A stretch of DNA of 20,002 nucleotides from contig JBFLZG010000073.1 in assembly GCA_040756235.1 (NCBI GenBank), forward strand, positions 1 through 20,002, given 5' to 3'. Positions 16,621-20,002 of this stretch are shown here, piece by piece. The stretch's first letter is position 1, and every line of letters begins with the position of its first letter. A program made the translations under genes and the position numbers. A model generated the notes under the pieces. The model was not told the origin of the DNA. It made no database searches and was given only the letters and a program-made list of their open reading frames with translations. This stretch comes from a bacterium (GTDB taxonomy: Bacteria > Desulfobacterota > DSWW01).

Positions 16621-17163
16621 ATGAAAAGAAAGGCTGGCTTTCTCGGGCGTCGAGGGTTCACTCTGGTCGAGCTCGTCATGATCATCGTCATGCTCGGCAC
16701 CCTGGCGGTCGTTGCGATCCCGCGCTTCATCGATATGCAGCTCGAGGCGAAGGTCGCAACCCTGAAAGGGATTCTGGGGTCCTTCTACACCGCCCAAGGC
16801 AATATCATAGGTATTTTCGATGGTGAGATGATGTTCGCCGCCCAGCCCATCTTCACGGCCTGCGGCGAGCCGGGAGACGGGGTTCCATCGGACGAGTGGC
16901 TTACCTGTCTTGCCAAGTACATGATGAACGGCGAGATCCCTCCGAACCCGTTCACGGGGGTCAACTCCTTGCTCATCAAGTGGGACACGGAGCTGGCGCC
17001 CTGTGCCACCGCGGACCCGACGGGGGGCTGGATCTGGAACCTGGGAAGTCAGGAGGAAGCCGAAGAAGGACCGCCCGACAACATGAAATGGTGGGCCAAT
17101 TCCGCCACCGCCACCCTCGCGGAAGGCTACACCGAGGCTTGCGTGCAGCCCGGCGGATGGTGA
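16621..17163 (+). CDS. Type IV pilin / pseudopilin-like protein, copy 2
   Basis: MKRKAGFLGRRG|FTLVELVMIIVMLGTLAVVAIPRF; about 79% identical to copy 1 by hand alignment, all four Cys conserved. The true start is ATG 16621, not the ORF-track 16321. Confidence 0.9.
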   Translation: MKRKAGFLGRRGFTLVELVMIIVMLGTLAVVAIPRFIDMQLEAKVATLKGILGSFYTAQGNIIGIFDGEMMFAAQPIFTACGEPGDGVPSDEWLTCLAKYMMNGEIPPNPFTGVNSLLIKWDTELAPCATADPTGGWIWNLGSQEEAEEGPPDNMKWWANSATATLAEGYTEACVQPGGW

Positions 17164-17242
17164 GGCGGGGAGTGCTCCCGGATTCCGGGTCCGGAGGTCT
17201 GTCGCGTTGGGTCATCTCGGTCCCTCGTTTCCGCGGGCCTTT

Positions 17243-17271
17243 GGTGGGGGCGACCGACCGGTCGCCCCTAC
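17243..17271. repeat. GTAG-type REP palindrome (family B)
   Basis: GTGGGGGCGACCGACCGGTCGCCCCTAC followed by GAGCTG, as after pilin copy 1. Confidence 0.8.
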
Positions 17272-17304
17272 GAGCTGTGCCCTACCCGGTATCCCGGTCC
17301 CAGC

Positions 17305-18207
17305 CTACAAGCCTCGCACAGATTCCGGCCGCAGCGGGATCTTCCGCGCCTGTGCCTTGCGGATGGTCTCGAGCATGCGCTCCCGGTCCGACGGCAGGTC
17401 GCCTCTCAGGGGAAGGTAGTTGGAAGCGTGGTTGGTGCGGAAGACGACCTTGCGTCGGACCTCCACGTTCTCCAGCATGAGCCTGAGCTCCTCCAGGATT
17501 TCCTCCTGGGAGAGCACCTCGAAAGTGCCCTCCCGGATCCAATCCTCCACCGGGGTGCCCGGGACCGCCATGAGGGTCAGGGCGCCGACGTAGTCGGGTT
17601 GCATGCGGCTGATGGCGCGCCCGGTGTCCACGGCGTGCGGCCGGCTCAAGCCCCTTCCGCCCAGCCCCAGGATCACCGTGACCGAGACCTCCAGGCCTGC
17701 CTCCCTGGCCTTCAGGCAAGCCTGTGCGGTCTCCTCGACGGTCGAACCTTTGTTGTGCAACCCCAGGACCTGCTCGTTTCCGCTCTCCAGCCCCACATAG
17801 AGCAGCTTGAGCCCGGCTTCGCGGATGCGCGCCAGATCCTGCGGCGGCTTGCGCAGGATGTCCGAAGCGCAGGCGTAGACGCTCACCCTTTCCAGGTGAG
17901 GGAAGAGCGCGTAGGCGCGCTCGGTGATCTCCACGAGTCCGCGGGTGCGCATGACCATGGCGTTGGAATCCAGGAAGAAGATCCGGCGAACGCCGCTTCC
18001 GGCGCTGGCGCGGGCCTCCTCCAGGTCGTCGACGATGTCGCGGATCGGCCGCACCCGGAACTTCTTTTCCGGCACAACACGGTCCAGGACCCAGGACCCG
18101 CAGAAGTAGCATTGGCCCCGTGCCGCGCTCGCGCATCCGACGGTCGCCTGAACGAGCAGGCTGCCCGCCTCGGAAGGAGGTCTGTAGATCGGCTCTGCGT
18201 AGTACAT
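17305..18207 (-). CDS. Radical SAM protein of unknown function (YRPPSEA-type N-terminus)
   Basis: YRPPSEAGSLLVQATVGC-ASAARGQ-C-YF-C, IFFLDSNA, LYVGLESG, VTVILGLGG, FRTNHASNYLPL.G.LP; GGAG SD. Confidence 0.88.
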   Translation of the reverse strand: MYYAEPIYRPPSEAGSLLVQATVGCASAARGQCYFCGSWVLDRVVPEKKFRVRPIRDIVDDLEEARASAGSGVRRIFFLDSNAMVMRTRGLVEITERAYALFPHLERVSVYACASDILRKPPQDLARIREAGLKLLYVGLESGNEQVLGLHNKGSTVEETAQACLKAREAGLEVSVTVILGLGGRGLSRPHAVDTGRAISRMQPDYVGALTLMAVPGTPVEDWIREGTFEVLSQEEILEELRLMLENVEVRRKVVFRTNHASNYLPLRGDLPSDRERMLETIRKAQARKIPLRPESVRGL

Positions 18208-18234
18208 GAGGGCTCCGTTTCGTCATCCGTCAGA

Positions 18235-18316
18235 AGGGCGACGCATGCGTCGCCCCTACAAGAAAGAGGCGCGCGGCCGGAAAATCCCCCCGAACCCCCC
18301 TTTTCTAAAGGGGGGG
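18235..18316. repeat. Family B REP (GGGCGACGCATGCGTCGCCC-CTAC) plus linker plus family D hairpin
   Basis: 18235-18282 is identical to 19772-19819; the hairpin CCCCCCTTT-TCT-AAAGGGGGG follows. Confidence 0.85.
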
Positions 18317-19663
18317 CCTTGGGGCCGGTACCGGCGCCAGGGCCCGGGCGATTGCCCGGGGCGGAAACCCTCGCTCGACAGCCGCTGCGGCGAGTCTCTT
18401 CCCCTCCGTGGTGTCGAGGTACTCCCGCGCGGAGAGGCCGGCGCTTCCCGTGTCGAGCACCCACCGGAGGGCCTCGATGAAACGCTCGTTCTCCCACTCG
18501 GTCCCCGGGTTCACGCGGATCCAGTTGTCCATGCCCCACTCGGAGCCCCATCGGATGAAGACCTTCTGCACGAAGAACATGCGCAGCACAGCGATCGTGC
18601 CGTCCATCGAGCCCAGGTTGATGAGGATGTAGTGCCCCTGGGAAGGCAGATGCTCGAGCCCCAGTGCGGACAGGGCCGTGTCCAGCCAGGCGCGGCTTTC
18701 CGTGCACGCCCGATGGCAGCGCCGGATCTGCTCGTCCGCGTTTGCCAGGCTGGCCAGGGCCGCCTGATGCCCGGCCACGTTCACGCCCGCAAAAATCTTG
18801 CGGGCCTCCATCGCCCGGACCACCTCCGCAGGAGCAAGCCCGTAGCCGACGCGGAGCCCGGTCAGGCCGAAGATGTGGGAGAAGGTCTGGACATGGAGCA
18901 TCCGCCTGCCCTCCGCAACGTGACGTGCCGGGCCGAACAGGAGCGGCTGCTTGTCGGCATCCATGTATTCCCGGTCCGAGTCGTCGCAAAGGAGCACGGT
19001 CTCGGGCGAGACCTCGTAGAGGCGGCGCGCGAAAGCGTCGAAACGGTCGCGCTCCAGGAAGGTCCCTGCAGGGTTGTTGATGAGGTTGAAGTGAACGAGC
19101 CCGATCGGCTTGCCCGATTCCGCGGCCTCCTGAGCCGCATCCAGCATACGGTCGAGATCCGGCTCCCAGTCGCCCCGGAGCGGGACCCGGATCACCTCGG
19201 CTCCGTTCTGGCCGGCCCTCTGCAGGATGATCCGGTACGTGATCCACTCCGTCAGCAGAGGCCGCTCCGGCGAGGTGAAGGCGTCTGCGGCCATGAACAG
19301 GACCTCCGAGGAGCCCACACCCAGGATCACGTTTTCCGCGGTGAGCGATCCCTCGAGTCCGTTGTGCCGCAGGATGGCATGTTTCAGGTCGTTCTGGAGA
19401 TAGTCGTCGTAGCGGTTGATGCCCGCGCCGGCCAGCCCCTTTGCGAGCACTTCCCGGATGGCTTCGACCGCCGCGGGATGCGGCCCCCAGGGGTTCTCGT
19501 GGTAGACCATGCGGCACACGCCTGCAAAGAAAGGGTCCGCCGGGAAGGCCTCGGACGGCGGCGGTCCGAGCAAGGAACGGGACAGGAGGCCGGCGGAACC
19601 CAGGGCCGCACCCCACTTGAGAACATCCCGCCGTGACACCAGGGCGGCAAGACGATCGTCCAT
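18305..19663 (-). CDS. Tat-signal HisC-like class I/II aminotransferase homologue with His in place of the PLP-binding Lys
   Basis: SRRDVLK Tat motif, hydrophobic stretch and SEA cleavage-like site; HENPWGP, NRY, ENVILGVGSSEVL, NNPAG, TFS-H-IFGLTGLRVGY, PSQGHYIL, WIRV..G; GGAG SD. Confidence 0.85.
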   Translation of the reverse strand: MDDRLAALVSRRDVLKWGAALGSAGLLSRSLLGPPPSEAFPADPFFAGVCRMVYHENPWGPHPAAVEAIREVLAKGLAGAGINRYDDYLQNDLKHAILRHNGLEGSLTAENVILGVGSSEVLFMAADAFTSPERPLLTEWITYRIILQRAGQNGAEVIRVPLRGDWEPDLDRMLDAAQEAAESGKPIGLVHFNLINNPAGTFLERDRFDAFARRLYEVSPETVLLCDDSDREYMDADKQPLLFGPARHVAEGRRMLHVQTFSHIFGLTGLRVGYGLAPAEVVRAMEARKIFAGVNVAGHQAALASLANADEQIRRCHRACTESRAWLDTALSALGLEHLPSQGHYILINLGSMDGTIAVLRMFFVQKVFIRWGSEWGMDNWIRVNPGTEWENERFIEALRWVLDTGSAGLSAREYLDTTEGKRLAAAAVERGFPPRAIARALAPVPAPRPPL

Positions 19664-19731
19664 GAATTTCTCCGGGTCGCGTTCGACCCTGGATTATTCC
19701 AATGCAGACGCACAAAGGCAACGTGAAAAGC

Positions 19732-20002
19732 CACACGCGCTCCGCAGCCGGGCCGAGACGACGAACAAAAGAGGGCGACGCATGCGTCGCCCCTACAAGA
19801 AAGAGGCGCGCGGCCGGAATCCGAAGCCTGCACTCCGTCTTTCCGTCACCCCGGCGCAGGCCGGGGTCCAGTTCCTGTTACCCGGTAACGACCGCTGTGC
19901 GCGATGCACCCTTCTGGATCCCGGCTCACACGCGCTGCGCAGACGGGCCGGGACGACGAACAAAAGAGGGCGACGCATGCGTCGCCCCTACAAGAAAGAG
20001 GC
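19732..20002. repeat. Composite tandem repeat with ~195-bp period (family B REP alternating with a family E unit; BIME-like), running off the window
   Basis: GACGACGAACAAAAGAGGGCGACGCATGCGTCGCCCCTACAAGAAAGAGGC recurs 195 bp apart (GAGGGCG at 19771 and 19966). The intervening 19842-19958 is a diverged copy of the 117-bp unit at 14108. Confidence 0.88.

Noticed and set aside
15908..17163. Diversity-generating retroelement template/variable repeat pair
   Set aside because: Both copies are full genes with signal peptides, differences are not adenine-specific and include many synonymous changes, and no reverse transcriptase is present.
17883..19736. 617-aa minus-strand ORF and 476-aa plus-strand ORF (18206-19636)
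   Set aside because: Alternative-frame and antisense shadows of the aminotransferase-like and radical SAM genes; low-complexity composition with no motifs.

Overview
GC-rich bacterial window; the gene content is consistent with a deltaproteobacterial-type lineage, but this is inference only. The left part (1-5.6 kb) holds three type II toxin-antitoxin loci on the minus strand: AbrB/PIN, DUF433/DUF5615-PIN (toxin disrupted) and MNT/HEPN. They surround a probably secreted DUF4838-like protein. The middle holds an acyl-CoA synthetase, a 1350-aa O-antigen-ligase-family membrane protein with TPR-like extensions, and a four-gene run: hypothetical protein, APH-family kinase, small LvaB-like protein and hotdog-fold thioesterase. 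The right part holds two tandem, ~79% identical type IV pilin-like genes, a radical SAM gene with CX7CX2C spacing, and a Tat-signal HisC-like fold-type I PLP protein whose Schiff-base Lys is replaced by His. Most larger intergenic spaces are filled by at least five short palindromic repeat families (REP/BIME-like). These include a 3 x 117-bp tandem array, direct repeats bracketing genes, and one repeat inserted in frame inside a coding sequence. No rRNA, tRNA, CRISPR, integrase or transposase was recognised. All family calls come from motif recognition by eye; no database search was run.
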